Assembly (NCBI GenBank): GCA_965116925.1
Contig: OZ220744.1
Location: 5,120,001 to 5,184,000, forward strand
DNA length: 64,000 bases
Direction: 5' to 3'
Source of the DNA: Candidatus Poribacteria bacterium
GTDB taxonomy: Bacteria; Poribacteria; WGA-4E; PCPOR2b
Shown here: in pieces, positions 11,228 through 20,748 of the stretch
Numbering within the stretch: the stretch's first letter is position 1
How the letters are laid out: each line of letters begins with the position of its first letter
The notes under the pieces: generated by a model
What the model saw: the letters and a program-made list of their open reading frames with translations, nothing else
What the model was told of the DNA's origin: nothing
The model's database searches: none
Made by a program: the position numbers and the translations under genes

Positions 11228-11413
11228 GTGGGCTCCGAGTGCTCTCTCGAAGCCCACTGAAGCAAAACGAGTAGGAGCTCGAATCGCTTCGTGATTGTTA
11301 GACTGCAATCTAACAACCACTGATAGTATACACCCTTTACGCCGTTAGTTTCGATCTAAATAAAAAGGGGCTGCACGATTCGGGACCATCCGACCATGCA
11401 GCCCCCTTTTTTT
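11228..11413 (+). ncRNA. Candidate structured leader/ncRNA: three hairpins plus intrinsic terminator
   Basis: Hairpins at 11228-11257, 11259-11290 and 11291-11320; terminator GGGGCTGCA...TGCAGCCCC-T7; no family recognised. Confidence 0.5.
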
Positions 11414-11446
11414 AGGTCAACTAGCAGCTACAAGGAAAGTAACAAC

Positions 11447-13111
11447 TTGAATAGAAAAACAGCAGATAGGATTTATCATCCAGAGCACGATTCCAGTCTC
11501 ACGCGAAGACAATTTATAGAACGATTTTCCACTGCGGGACTAGCTCTCAGCAGTTTAGGACTTTTAGGTTGCGATGTTGGAGATATAATGTCGCCGGTTC
11601 GTACGCCTACAGAGATTGATAGCGACGTGCCTGCTCTCATTATTGGCAGTGGATTTGGAGGCGCGGTAACAGCCTTGAGATTGGGGCAAGCGGGTATCCC
11701 GACGATGGTCTTAGAACGAGGCAAACGCTGGAATAGCGCATCTGCACCGTTTAGTCCTAATTTCCCGCCTGACGGTCGTTCAACGTGGTTACGCAACAAA
11801 ACGGTTTTGCCGTTCGGTCCATCATTGCCTATCGGGAAATATACAGGGGTCTTGGACCGTGTGGATTACCCGAACATGAATGTCTATCGAGGGGCAGCTG
11901 TCGGTGGCGGCTCCATTGTATACGGTGGGGTTAGCCTGCAACCCCCTGAAGATCTTTTCTATCAGATTTTTCCGAGCAGTATCTCCTATCAAGAACTGCT
12001 GCCCTATTATGAACGCGTCCGCCACATACTGAATATCACGACGGTTCCCGCAGACATCGAAGCACAACCCCACTACGATTACACCCGCGTATTTACCCAA
12101 CTCGTAAACCAGGCCGGGATAGACACCATAAAGCTCGGGCAAGCCACGGATTGGGATATTGTCCGCGCTGAGATTGATGGCACGCGCCCACCGTCTGCTA
12201 TTATCGGCGAAGCAGCTTATGGCGGTAATAGCGGATACAAAAATTCTCTCGATAAAAACTATCTACCGATGGCGGAAGCGACAGGGTATGTCCGTATCCA
12301 TCCACTGCATCGCGTTATCGACATCACAACAGAAAACAGCGGTAAATATGTTGTAACAGTTGAGCAGATTGATGAGACGGGCGAGGTAATACAGACGAAA
12401 AAAATTGCCACGACTTACCTCTTTCTCGCTGCCGGCTCTATAGGCACGACAGAGTTGCTCGTAAAAGCCCGCGAGCTCGGCAATTTGCCAAATCTCAACA
12501 ACGCAGTTGGGCACGGATGGGGGACGAATGGGAGTCTCTTATTTAGCACGGGTGTGGGTATAGAAACTGGAAAGCAGCAAGGCGGCCCGCTCATCATAGC
12601 TATTTTAGATCGTGAGAATACAGAGTCTCCCGCGTTCATTAACCCCCCTTTCTTCCCTGTAGGTGTGGAATGTAGGTGTTTAATGCTTTATATGAACGCT
12701 CTACAAACCGAGCGCGGGCATTTTGTCTACGATACAGCCACCCACAGGGCGGAATTGATGTGGCCCGCCGGAGGTCACGACCGCGCTGCATATGCAGCAG
12801 CAGATTTCGTCGAGCGTTTGAACGCTGTCAATAAGGGTCAACTTGGTCTATCAGCAGGGATCCCAGCAGACCTTCCCATCAGTCCACCTGATCTCATTGA
12901 AGATATTACATTTACCCCTTTGGGTGGAATGGTGATGGACAAAGCTTGTGATTTGTATGGAAGGGTACACGGCTATCCCAAAATGTATGTAATGGACGGT
13001 TCTGCGTTACCCGGTTCGTGTGCCGCCGCCCCTCCGTCGTTGACGATTGCGGCGTTAGCCGAGCGCAACATAGAAACCATTCTCGCAGAGGATTTTGCCT
13101 CCACAGGTTAG
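11447..13111 (+). CDS. Cholesterol oxidase-like GMC oxidoreductase, Tat-exported lipoprotein (TTG start inferred)
   Basis: TRRQF Tat motif plus LLGC lipobox; IIGSGFGG, VLERG, GAAVGGGS, SLDKNYL, FLAAGSIGTTELL, WGTNG, YVMDGS and TIAALAERN match the Streptomyces-type cholesterol oxidase layout. Confidence 0.85.
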   Translation: MNRKTADRIYHPEHDSSLTRRQFIERFSTAGLALSSLGLLGCDVGDIMSPVRTPTEIDSDVPALIIGSGFGGAVTALRLGQAGIPTMVLERGKRWNSASAPFSPNFPPDGRSTWLRNKTVLPFGPSLPIGKYTGVLDRVDYPNMNVYRGAAVGGGSIVYGGVSLQPPEDLFYQIFPSSISYQELLPYYERVRHILNITTVPADIEAQPHYDYTRVFTQLVNQAGIDTIKLGQATDWDIVRAEIDGTRPPSAIIGEAAYGGNSGYKNSLDKNYLPMAEATGYVRIHPLHRVIDITTENSGKYVVTVEQIDETGEVIQTKKIATTYLFLAAGSIGTTELLVKARELGNLPNLNNAVGHGWGTNGSLLFSTGVGIETGKQQGGPLIIAILDRENTESPAFINPPFFPVGVECRCLMLYMNALQTERGHFVYDTATHRAELMWPAGGHDRAAYAAADFVERLNAVNKGQLGLSAGIPADLPISPPDLIEDITFTPLGGMVMDKACDLYGRVHGYPKMYVMDGSALPGSCAAAPPSLTIAALAERNIETILAEDFASTG

Positions 13112-13117
13112 GGCTTC

Positions 13118-13231
13118 AGGACTTACACACTCCAGATTGTAGTTGCCCGATTCATCGGGCGTTGGTAACGGTGTCCAGCGGCGATTCATAGCCGAACTAC
13201 AGGGCTTTGACCCTTCAACTGCGTAAGTCCT
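13118..13231. mobile_element. Family-A MITE
   Basis: TIRs AGGACTTACACA / TGCGTAAGTCCT with an internal GTAG...CTAC REP doublet. Confidence 0.85.
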
Positions 13232-13234
13232 ATT

Positions 13235-13373
13235 TATGGTGAATTAGACAAATAAGTGAACATTTGCCAAAGTCCCCCTGACAAGGGGGATTTAGGAGGT
13301 TGTTTGTGGGTACAGATTTCCCAATCTGTACATGTGCATTGGAACTGTCTAAGTAATTCTAAAATCTACCATA
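13235..13373. mobile_element. Family-B (IS630-derived) MITE with TA duplication
   Basis: TA-TGGTGAATT...TAATTCTAAAATCTACCA-TA. Confidence 0.8.
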
Positions 13374-13462
13374 ATAATGGTCTTATTAAGCGTCAGCATA
13401 AAACAACGGACTGATTTGGTTATCAGACATATGGTCGGCCATTGATTGAATAGACGGGAGAA

Positions 13463-14341
13463 CTACTCCCCTTTCACCAGTTGGGCTGCCTCATAGACCG
13501 CAGGCCTTGCCTCATCAACGGTACAGCTAGCAGAAACCCTTGCCCTATCAGCTACCTCCCGTTTAACCTCCGTGACAATCATCCCTTCGTCTGGGAGATA
13601 TTCATCGATCAGTTGTCCGTCGGGATCTATTGCCAAGCATAGTCCGGGGAACCAAGCATTTCCGCTGTGCCCCGACTGATTCGCATAGAAGATATGGAGG
13701 GCATTATCAACCGCACGCCCCGGTAGCAGTTGCATCGCCAACTCCTTGTGAGACTCGGCTTGCTCACGCTGATTTCCGTCGCCGGAAATCTTTTCCGTTG
13801 CCCCGCTGCCGCCAACGGGGATGAAGAAAAGTTCCGCCCCTTGCTGCGCCGCACCCCGAAAAAGTTCGGGGAAGCGCAAATCGTAGCAGATCCCCACACC
13901 AAACGTCCACCCCTGCGAAGCGACCACCGGAAACGTATCACCGGGCACAAACCATTCCCGCTCATTCGGATTGGGCAGATGGAGTTTTGAAAACGTTGCC
14001 AGATATCCCTCAGGGCCCACGATAAGCGCGCTGTTACGGAGTTGCCCTCCAAACGGCTCAATCGTACCAACCACAAGCGTCATCTGTAATTTGTGGGAGA
14101 GGGATTCTAGAAATGGCACCGACTCCTCTGCTGCCGCTGCCGCAATCTTCCGCGCCTCCTCAAACGTCAGGTCAGACTTATTCATCGACCCGGTGATGCA
14201 CTCTTCCGGGAAAATCCCGAAGTCCGCTCCCTGTGCGTGCGCTTTGTGTGCCCATTCCGCCACTCGCGCCAAGTTGGCGGACGGGTCACCCATGACGCTG
14301 TGCATTGCAACCGATGCGACTCGAATCGTATCTTTGTCCAT
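13463..14341 (-). CDS. Carbon-nitrogen hydrolase (nitrilase superfamily)
   Basis: FPE, K(LHL) and GICYDLRFPE catalytic triad motifs; start re-called to MDKDT. Confidence 0.92.
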   Translation of the reverse strand: MDKDTIRVASVAMHSVMGDPSANLARVAEWAHKAHAQGADFGIFPEECITGSMNKSDLTFEEARKIAAAAAEESVPFLESLSHKLQMTLVVGTIEPFGGQLRNSALIVGPEGYLATFSKLHLPNPNEREWFVPGDTFPVVASQGWTFGVGICYDLRFPELFRGAAQQGAELFFIPVGGSGATEKISGDGNQREQAESHKELAMQLLPGRAVDNALHIFYANQSGHSGNAWFPGLCLAIDPDGQLIDEYLPDEGMIVTEVKREVADRARVSASCTVDEARPAVYEAAQLVKGE

Positions 14342-14387
14342 GCTATTTCCCCGTTGGTTCATGTGAAAAGAAAGTACAGAATTTGAA

Positions 14388-14445
14388 GAGAAACCGAGTT
14401 TTTTCTTCAAAACTCGGTTTCTTTGCCTGATTTCTTAACATGAGT
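14388..14445. repeat. AGAAACCGAGTTTT...AAAACTCGGTTTCT palindromic repeat
   Basis: Second copy at ~27160-27218 with the same downstream GATTTCTTAAC. Confidence 0.75.
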
Positions 14446-14505
14446 CTCCTAGTTTATGGCCCTGTAAACGTTCAACCGTGCAACTTGGGAAGTAATTGCC
14501 CAAAT

Positions 14506-15099
14506 TTACATGCGATTATTCTGCGCTGCTGCAAAGTACGGCTTGACAAATTCGGCAACCGCTTTACCGAGCAGCACACTGCCTTCAGGCGTAAAATGGA
14601 CGCCATCCGGTGTCAGATAGCTGTCCCGTCCCGCGTCCGTGATGACGCCAAACAGATCGTTAATCGGGATATCCAAGTCGTCTGCGACCTTGAGAGCAAC
14701 GGCGTTATACGCATCAACATCAGCTTCCAATCGGTCGAACCCCTTCCGCTCATGATGCCAGATCTCGTTGACAGGCGTAGTCAGTGCCCAGATGACGATA
14801 CAGTTGGTCTCCGCCAAAATACGTCCGAGCAAGGCGCGAAGATTTGATTCGTACTGATTAATCGGAATGGCTGGCTCACCGGTGTCAAAATCCTTTCTCA
14901 AATCGTGCAGCCCACAGTTGATATGAACGACATCGGGTGATCGAGAGATAATCCACTCGTCGAGATGTTGCAGAATATTCGCGCTATTTCCGCCGTTCTG
15001 CGTCGGTGCCCAAACGTCGGCAAGTTCGGTAAGTTCACGAATCACATCGGCTTGATAGCCCATGCGAATTGAATCACCGATAAGAATGAGTTCTTGCAT
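14506..15099 (-). CDS. SGNH/GDSL hydrolase
   Basis: LIGDSI, NCGLHD and DGVHF motifs; start re-called to MQELIL. Confidence 0.92.
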   Translation of the reverse strand: MQELILIGDSIRMGYQADVIRELTELADVWAPTQNGGNSANILQHLDEWIISRSPDVVHINCGLHDLRKDFDTGEPAIPINQYESNLRALLGRILAETNCIVIWALTTPVNEIWHHERKGFDRLEADVDAYNAVALKVADDLDIPINDLFGVITDAGRDSYLTPDGVHFTPEGSVLLGKAVAEFVKPYFAAAQNNRM

Positions 15100-15130
15100 T
15101 GAAAAGTTCTCCTTACAACTGTGAGCGAGT

Positions 15131-15706
15131 TTAACAATCAGAAACAACCCGCTTTGCGAGAAAAATATCCGGCTTTCCACGCCCGTTAGCATCGGGCATC
15201 ACCCCTGCGAGGACAAAACCGAGTTTCTGATAAAACTCATAAGGATGGCGGCGCAAGTTTCTGATTCGCGCCACGTGCTCAAGGAGGTTGGGGTAAAGAT
15301 CAACCCCTGCAAGAGTTGTCATACTGTCCTCATCATCAGCCCCAACCCAAATTGTCAAGCCCCCTCGTTCTCGGACGAGATCCTCAAAATCGCACACAAG
15401 CTGCCGTCCAATCCCACACCCTTGTCGGCTCGGTTTAACGACCAATGGATGAAGTTCCCAGACGTTCCCATCATAGAGACTCAATCCGCCGATCCAGCCT
15501 ACGACCTCGCCGCTATTGTCAACGGCGATGCGGCTGATTCGATCTTCTCCAAAGGATTCTCGCACCTCCTCCAAAGCATCTGCCATGTCGGGCCAAGCGT
15601 GTGGTGCATGTGCTTTGAACCCATCAATCAGCAACGCCGCGACCTGCTCAATAACCCGCTCATCATCGGACGAAAGCGTGATGATTTGCACCTCTATATC
15701 GCTCAT
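15131..15706 (-). CDS. GNAT acetyltransferase, AAC(6')-Ia/Ii-like
   Basis: WELHPLVV, RGGLTI..G.DDE, HPYEFYQKLG and ANG.GKPDI motifs. Confidence 0.85.
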   Translation of the reverse strand: MSDIEVQIITLSSDDERVIEQVAALLIDGFKAHAPHAWPDMADALEEVRESFGEDRISRIAVDNSGEVVGWIGGLSLYDGNVWELHPLVVKPSRQGCGIGRQLVCDFEDLVRERGGLTIWVGADDEDSMTTLAGVDLYPNLLEHVARIRNLRRHPYEFYQKLGFVLAGVMPDANGRGKPDIFLAKRVVSDC

Positions 15707-15721
15707 ACACCACCTTACAAC

Positions 15722-16816
15722 CTATTTAATCCAAGTCATTGATTCACCACGCACTAGGAAAGAGCGTTCATCCCACTGACCGGGACGTTCAACCGGGATA
15801 ACGCCGGTTTCCACCGCTACGTCTAGTGGATTAGCGCGTGTCTCTAACGGCAAGCGAACCCGCTCGTGCATCCGAGCTGATTCGTAGACCGCCATCATAA
15901 GCTCTAAGGCAGCCTTCCCATACTTTGCCTCTCCCGGATAGTTATCAATCTTACCGTCGATCCAGTCGCAGACTGCATACGCCTGACTTGTGAATGCGCT
16001 ACCGTACCCAGTCCGATTTTTTTCGGTCGGTTCAAACACCTGCCAGCCCGCCTTTTTAGGAGTCATATATTTCAAGCTGTTATCGTTAACATCCATCATA
16101 CCGTCGCTGCCATATATCGTCGCACCGACCTGATAGAGTCCACCACTGATAGGGACCTCGTTCTCAATAACACCTTCCACATCGTTGGGATATCCGATTA
16201 ACCCGCAGCAGCGGTCCTCAACCCGATGCCCGAAGAGATAATGGTCGGTTTTGCGTTCCACTGAACCCATGACCCACTCCGCCTGTGGATCGCCAAGGAC
16301 AAAAAGTTGGAAATCGACACAGTGAGTTCCCGTGTTCAGCATCCCCGCTCTCACAGAAGACCAGAGCCGGCGCGGTTCACCGATAGCACCGTCCGCAAGG
16401 AGCCGTCTCGCTTCCTGCCACGAAGAGTAGAAACGACGCTGATGACCGATCGCAAATTTAACATCGTTGCGTTCACAGGCAATCATCATCGCTTCTGCCT
16501 CTCCTAACGAGCAAGCCATCGGTTTCTCGCAGAGTATCGCTTGGGGTTTGTGAACCGCTGCTGCAATCGTCATCTCAGCGTGTTGTGGATTCCAAGAGCA
16601 GACACTGACGATGTCCAGCTCCTCCTTCTCCATCATCTCCCGGTAGTCGAGATACTGGCTTTTAACGTTAAAATCCTTTGCATAGCTTGCTAGTGCTTCG
16701 GGATGAGAATCAGCAATCGCAACGATTTCGGTGCGATTACATTCTGTCCAGCCTTGACCGTGTGCACGAGCAATACGGCCGCTTGCAATAATACCAACCC
16801 TAAATTTTTTAGCCAA
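15722..16816 (-). CDS. Gfo/Idh/MocA family oxidoreductase
   Basis: N-terminal Rossmann fold; CEKPMA and GHQRRF motifs. Confidence 0.92.
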   Translation of the reverse strand: MAKKFRVGIIASGRIARAHGQGWTECNRTEIVAIADSHPEALASYAKDFNVKSQYLDYREMMEKEELDIVSVCSWNPQHAEMTIAAAVHKPQAILCEKPMACSLGEAEAMMIACERNDVKFAIGHQRRFYSSWQEARRLLADGAIGEPRRLWSSVRAGMLNTGTHCVDFQLFVLGDPQAEWVMGSVERKTDHYLFGHRVEDRCCGLIGYPNDVEGVIENEVPISGGLYQVGATIYGSDGMMDVNDNSLKYMTPKKAGWQVFEPTEKNRTGYGSAFTSQAYAVCDWIDGKIDNYPGEAKYGKAALELMMAVYESARMHERVRLPLETRANPLDVAVETGVIPVERPGQWDERSFLVRGESMTWIK

Positions 16817-16854
16817 GTTGAATGCCTCCTCGTTATCTGATGATTTGCTGAACT

Positions 16855-17146
16855 TATAGTGAATTCTAAAAATACCAAAGTCCCCCTGAACCCCTCTGAT
16901 AAGAGGGGAAAGACAAGGGAGAAGATCCCCTCTTATCTTCTCCCTTGTCAGGGGAGTTGGGGATTTAGGGGGTTAAAAATCAAAAATCTATCCCCTATGT
17001 GCTAAAGTTGCCTAAGTCCTGACTATAAATGCAGGAATTACGCACTTCAGATTGTAGTTGCCCGATTTATCGGGCGTTGGGAATAGTTACCGGCGTCGAT
17101 AAATCGCCGAACTACAGGGCGTTAACCGTTCAACTGCGTAAGTCCT
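16855..17146. mobile_element. Stacked MITEs: family-B left end, family-A right end (17020), complete family-A copy 17033-17146
   Basis: TATAGTGAATTCTAAAAATA; AGGAATTACGCA...TGCGTAAGTCCT with 5-bp TSD AAATG. Confidence 0.8.
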
Positions 17147-17263
17147 AAAATGAAGTGGAAGCTAACCAAAATTAGTGCGCTGTGTATCCTAGCACAGCAT
17201 AAGTACTGCGTCAAGAGGTTTTACGCACCCCTCTTGCCACGGAAAGAAATCTCTAGGGCTATT

Positions 17264-18173
17264 TATAGTAAACCCAAGAAATAAAGGGACATTTTTTCAG
17301 AAGTATGTTATCCTATTTGCATTATGGCACATTCATCAGATTTACGCACCCGCGTGCTTCAATTCATAGAAAATGGTGGCAGTAAAACAGAAGCGGCAAA
17401 ACGGTTCAAAGTCGGTCGAACTGCGATTTACCGATGGCTCAATGACCCAGACCCACTCACACCGGGCAAACCGGGTCCCACAAAACCGAGACTGCTTGAC
17501 CCAACGGCACTAGCTGAACATGTCAAGGCACACCCTGACCAAACCCTTAAAGAACGCGCTCAACACTTTGGGGTTTCACCGGCCTGTGTTGGCTATGGAC
17601 TCAAAAGACTCGGCTACACGCGGAAAAAAAAACGTTTGGATATAAGGAGCAATGTCCAGAAAAACGACAAGCCTATCAGGAGCAACTCGCAGGAGCAAAA
17701 GCATCAGGCAAAACGCTGATTTACCTCGACGAGACCGGTTTTACAGATGAAACCTTTAGAAGTTATGGCTATGCCCCCCGGGGGCAATGTGTCCATGGGT
17801 TGATACCCAGCCAAAAGACCCGGACTACCACTTTGATAGTGGTGCAACTGAATAATAAGTTGATTGCCCCAAAGTTACTATCGGGCAGTTGTAATGCACA
17901 AAGGTTTAATACATGGCTCGATGAAGAGTTATCACCACATTTAGATGCCAACAGTCTCGTGATAATGGATAATGCACGGATTCACAAGACCCCTGAGACT
18001 CAAGCATTGATACAACGTTGTGGCGCATCGTTGTTATACTTGCCCCCTTATTCGCCGGATTATAATCCCGTTGAACATCAGTTTGCTAATATAAAGAGGC
18101 ACCGTTCATATAATCCTGATAAGCCCATTGAGGATATCATCAACATGTATCGTTAATTGTTAAATCTACTATA
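17264..18173 (+). mobile_element. IS630-family insertion sequence with TA duplication
   Basis: TA-TAGTAAACCCAAGAAATAA ... TTAATTGTTAAATCTACTA-TA, enclosing a two-ORF transposase. Confidence 0.92.
17324..18156 (+). CDS. IS630 transposase, OrfA+OrfB joined by programmed -1 frameshift
   Basis: OrfA HTH (MAHSSDLR..., GYTRKKK); A9 slippery run 17624-17632; the -1 frame gives IYLDETG, MDNARIH and LPPYSPDYNPVE (DDE triad intact). Confidence 0.9.
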
Positions 18174-18475
18174 GTTTTCCGTTTTTTGACCGATTTCGGA
18201 ATGACCCGAGCCCGTAGGCGGGGCATCTTGCCCCGCCGTAGCCTCGACCAGGAGATCGAGTTACGGGAAAATTAAATAACCCTAAGAGACCTCCGAATCT
18301 GATTGATTGCGTTAAGGATACATGCTATAGTGTATCGCGCAAATCAACAGGAAATTATATGGACAGTCCACACGAAAATTGCGAAGATTATATACGAACG
18401 CTGATCTAAATCTGACCTTGTAATCCAAACCCGTTTTTGTTGGTGATTGACACTATTCTGAGGAGGACCTCAATA

Positions 18476-19525
18476 ATGGCTATCAAGACAGCTGCTGAAC
18501 TTGACAAACTCATCCGCGAATCCCTACTAGCCGCGGGAGCCGATGAGCGCAACGCCAACCGTGTCGCTGAAGCGTTAGTTTTATCGACCTTGCGTGGCGT
18601 TGATACGCACGGCATCCTGCATCTGCCGAGCTACGTCGAGAAGATTCAAGATGGTGAAATTGTTCCCACCGCTTGGCCCGAAATCCGGCAAGAGGACGCC
18701 ACAAGCGCACTCATAGCGGGCAATTGGACCTTTGGACATGTGACGGCTAAGTATGCGATGGAGGTCGCCATAAAGAAGGCTAAAAGCCACAACGTGGCGG
18801 TCGTAAGTGCTGTGCAGATAAACCATATCGGGCGTCTAGGCGAATACGCCGAACTCGCAGCCACCAACGGGATGCTATCAATAATCTGGGCTGGCGGGTT
18901 CGGTGCAGAAAAGCCGGTCGCTGTTCCCTTCGGTGGGCGGCAACCGGTGCTGAGCACAAACCCAATCGGCATGGGGTTCCCCGTCGGTGATGGTCCGCCA
19001 ATGATCATTGATTATGCCACGACAGTCGTTGCGGGGAGTAAAGTGCTCACAGCGCGAGATAGGAAGGCACAACTACCACCGGGCAGCATTGTTGACAAGG
19101 ATGGAAATCCTTCCACGGATCCGATGGATTTTCTGGAGGGCGGTTCGTTACTCCCCTTTGGTGGGCACAAGGGCTATGCCCTGATGTTAGCGGTGGAGTT
19201 CTTTGGACGGGTTTTGTCCGGGGCGGATGCCTTTTCTAACGAAGAGAAGCGGGGTGGCACTATCTTCCGTCACTCTGGTGTTACTATGATGGTCATGAAA
19301 GCAGATCTGTTTCAATCGTTGACCGACTACTCGACACGAATTAAGGATCTAGGCGATCAGATCAGATCCGTACCACCGGCACCCGGTTTCGACGAGGTAA
19401 TACTCCCCGGCGACCTTGAGGCACGAGCGGAAGAAGCCCGCGGACGCGACGGCATCCCCATCGCCGACGCGCTCTGGGAAAGGTTAGAAGCACTCGCGGA
19501 GTCGTTGGGTGTAGATATAGATTAA
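18476..19525 (+). CDS. Ldh_2 family oxidoreductase (malate/L-lactate/sulfolactate dehydrogenase type 2)
   Basis: RGVDTHG, NHIGRLG, STNPI and FGGHKGY motifs; AGGAGG RBS before the ATG at 18476. Confidence 0.92.
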   Translation: MAIKTAAELDKLIRESLLAAGADERNANRVAEALVLSTLRGVDTHGILHLPSYVEKIQDGEIVPTAWPEIRQEDATSALIAGNWTFGHVTAKYAMEVAIKKAKSHNVAVVSAVQINHIGRLGEYAELAATNGMLSIIWAGGFGAEKPVAVPFGGRQPVLSTNPIGMGFPVGDGPPMIIDYATTVVAGSKVLTARDRKAQLPPGSIVDKDGNPSTDPMDFLEGGSLLPFGGHKGYALMLAVEFFGRVLSGADAFSNEEKRGGTIFRHSGVTMMVMKADLFQSLTDYSTRIKDLGDQIRSVPPAPGFDEVILPGDLEARAEEARGRDGIPIADALWERLEALAESLGVDID

Positions 19526-19639
19526 CCCAAGTCTAAGGCTTTTCGTAGGGAACGCAGATCTGCGTTCCTTACACAAGTTGGAAAGATCGTTTATACGAAG
19601 GGTTTCAAGATAGGGCGGAAGGCACCGTTGGGTTTATCT

Positions 19640-19826
19640 TAACGCAAGTTGCTAGTTATATGCGACGCAGTAAAAGGCGACTCCCAATATCCGTAGGTCG
19701 GGCATCTTGCCCGACTCATAGCCCCAGCGGGGCGACATGTGTATAGAAAACAGGATAAAACCAGCCTTAAAGCCCCAGCGGGGCGACATGTATATGGTAT
19801 CGTAACGCAACTAGCAACTTAGGTTA
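19640..19826. mobile_element. Family-E MITE with REP-like cargo
   Basis: Ends TAACGCAAGTTGCTAG / CTAGCAACTTAGGTTA; two copies of AGCCCCAGCGGGGCGACATGT inside; the right end overlaps the acetamidase stop. Confidence 0.7.
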
Positions 19827-20700
19827 TCTTAGGAAAAACAACTCGGATCGTCGCGGGGAAGTTATTCGGATTGCAAACTTGACCAATTCGCACATCGCCG
19901 GTGGCACTTATGAGCAGATAGGCTTCCTCAAATGAAACGTCAAGTTTGCGCTGGAGAAGACTCGCCATCTCCTCACAAGCAACGGTGATCGCATCGACTA
20001 ACTTTGGGGCATCCCCTGTGGTTATCCACGCGTCCGCTGTTTCAATCCACGGACGAGCGATCGACTCCCCTTTAATCAATTCTATCCCTACAGTAACTTC
20101 CGCACAAATTTCTATCCCAAGCATAGAGACTTCCCCATCACCCATAGCAGCGTGAACATCCCCAAGCCCAAACAACGCGCCTTCCACAAATACGGGCAGA
20201 TAAACACGCGAGCCGACTGTCGCATCTTGATGATCCATGTTACCACCGTGGGGACCGGGGTAGAGCGTTGGCACAGCTTCTCCGGCAGGTGCCGTGCCGA
20301 TGACACCAACCATCGGACGAACTGGAAAACTAATTCGATCATCAAAGTGAGCGGTATCTCCTTCAATGTGAATGATTTTGGTTACGTACTGTTCTGCGAG
20401 ATGTCCTAAGTTTCCCGTGCCGGCTTTGATACCGATAAAGCCTTGTGAGGCAAGTTGGATACCTTGGATTTCAACGCACAAGGTATCCCCCGGTTCGGCA
20501 CCACGCACAAAGAGAGGTCCTGTCGCAGGGTTTAGACCGCGTGGATGGGGTTGATCGAGCAGGTCGTTCTCACTCAGAATCGTGCCGGTACGCGCATCGT
20601 AAGTCTCGAAGCAGATTTTATCACCCGGATTTGCCTCACCCACAGGACGATGGTCCCGACTGAAATTATAAATAATACGGTCGCGTGTGATGATGTGCAT
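19819..20700 (-). CDS. Acetamidase/formamidase family protein
   Basis: NPATGP...GAEPGD, PGPHGGNMD and LGDVHAAMGDGE motifs. Confidence 0.92.
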   Translation of the reverse strand: MHIITRDRIIYNFSRDHRPVGEANPGDKICFETYDARTGTILSENDLLDQPHPRGLNPATGPLFVRGAEPGDTLCVEIQGIQLASQGFIGIKAGTGNLGHLAEQYVTKIIHIEGDTAHFDDRISFPVRPMVGVIGTAPAGEAVPTLYPGPHGGNMDHQDATVGSRVYLPVFVEGALFGLGDVHAAMGDGEVSMLGIEICAEVTVGIELIKGESIARPWIETADAWITTGDAPKLVDAITVACEEMASLLQRKLDVSFEEAYLLISATGDVRIGQVCNPNNFPATIRVVFPKIT

Positions 20701-20748
20701 TATAGTGGTGCCCCCTCAAAGCGGTGACACAGTTCATCTAGAAAATCG

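Larger units (their letters stand above)
17254..18284. mobile_element. Family-F MITE whose left TIR is interrupted by the IS630
   Basis: Rejoined left end TAGGGCTATT|TA|GTTTTCCG pairs with CGGGAAAATTAAATAACCCTA (18264-18284); internal GTAGGCGGGGCATCTTGCCCCGCC hairpin. Confidence 0.7.

Noticed and set aside
11228..11330. Hammerhead ribozyme or Moco/c-di-GMP riboswitch
   Set aside because: It lacks the CUGANGA/GAAA core and the conserved blocks of those riboswitches; kept only as an unclassified structured RNA.
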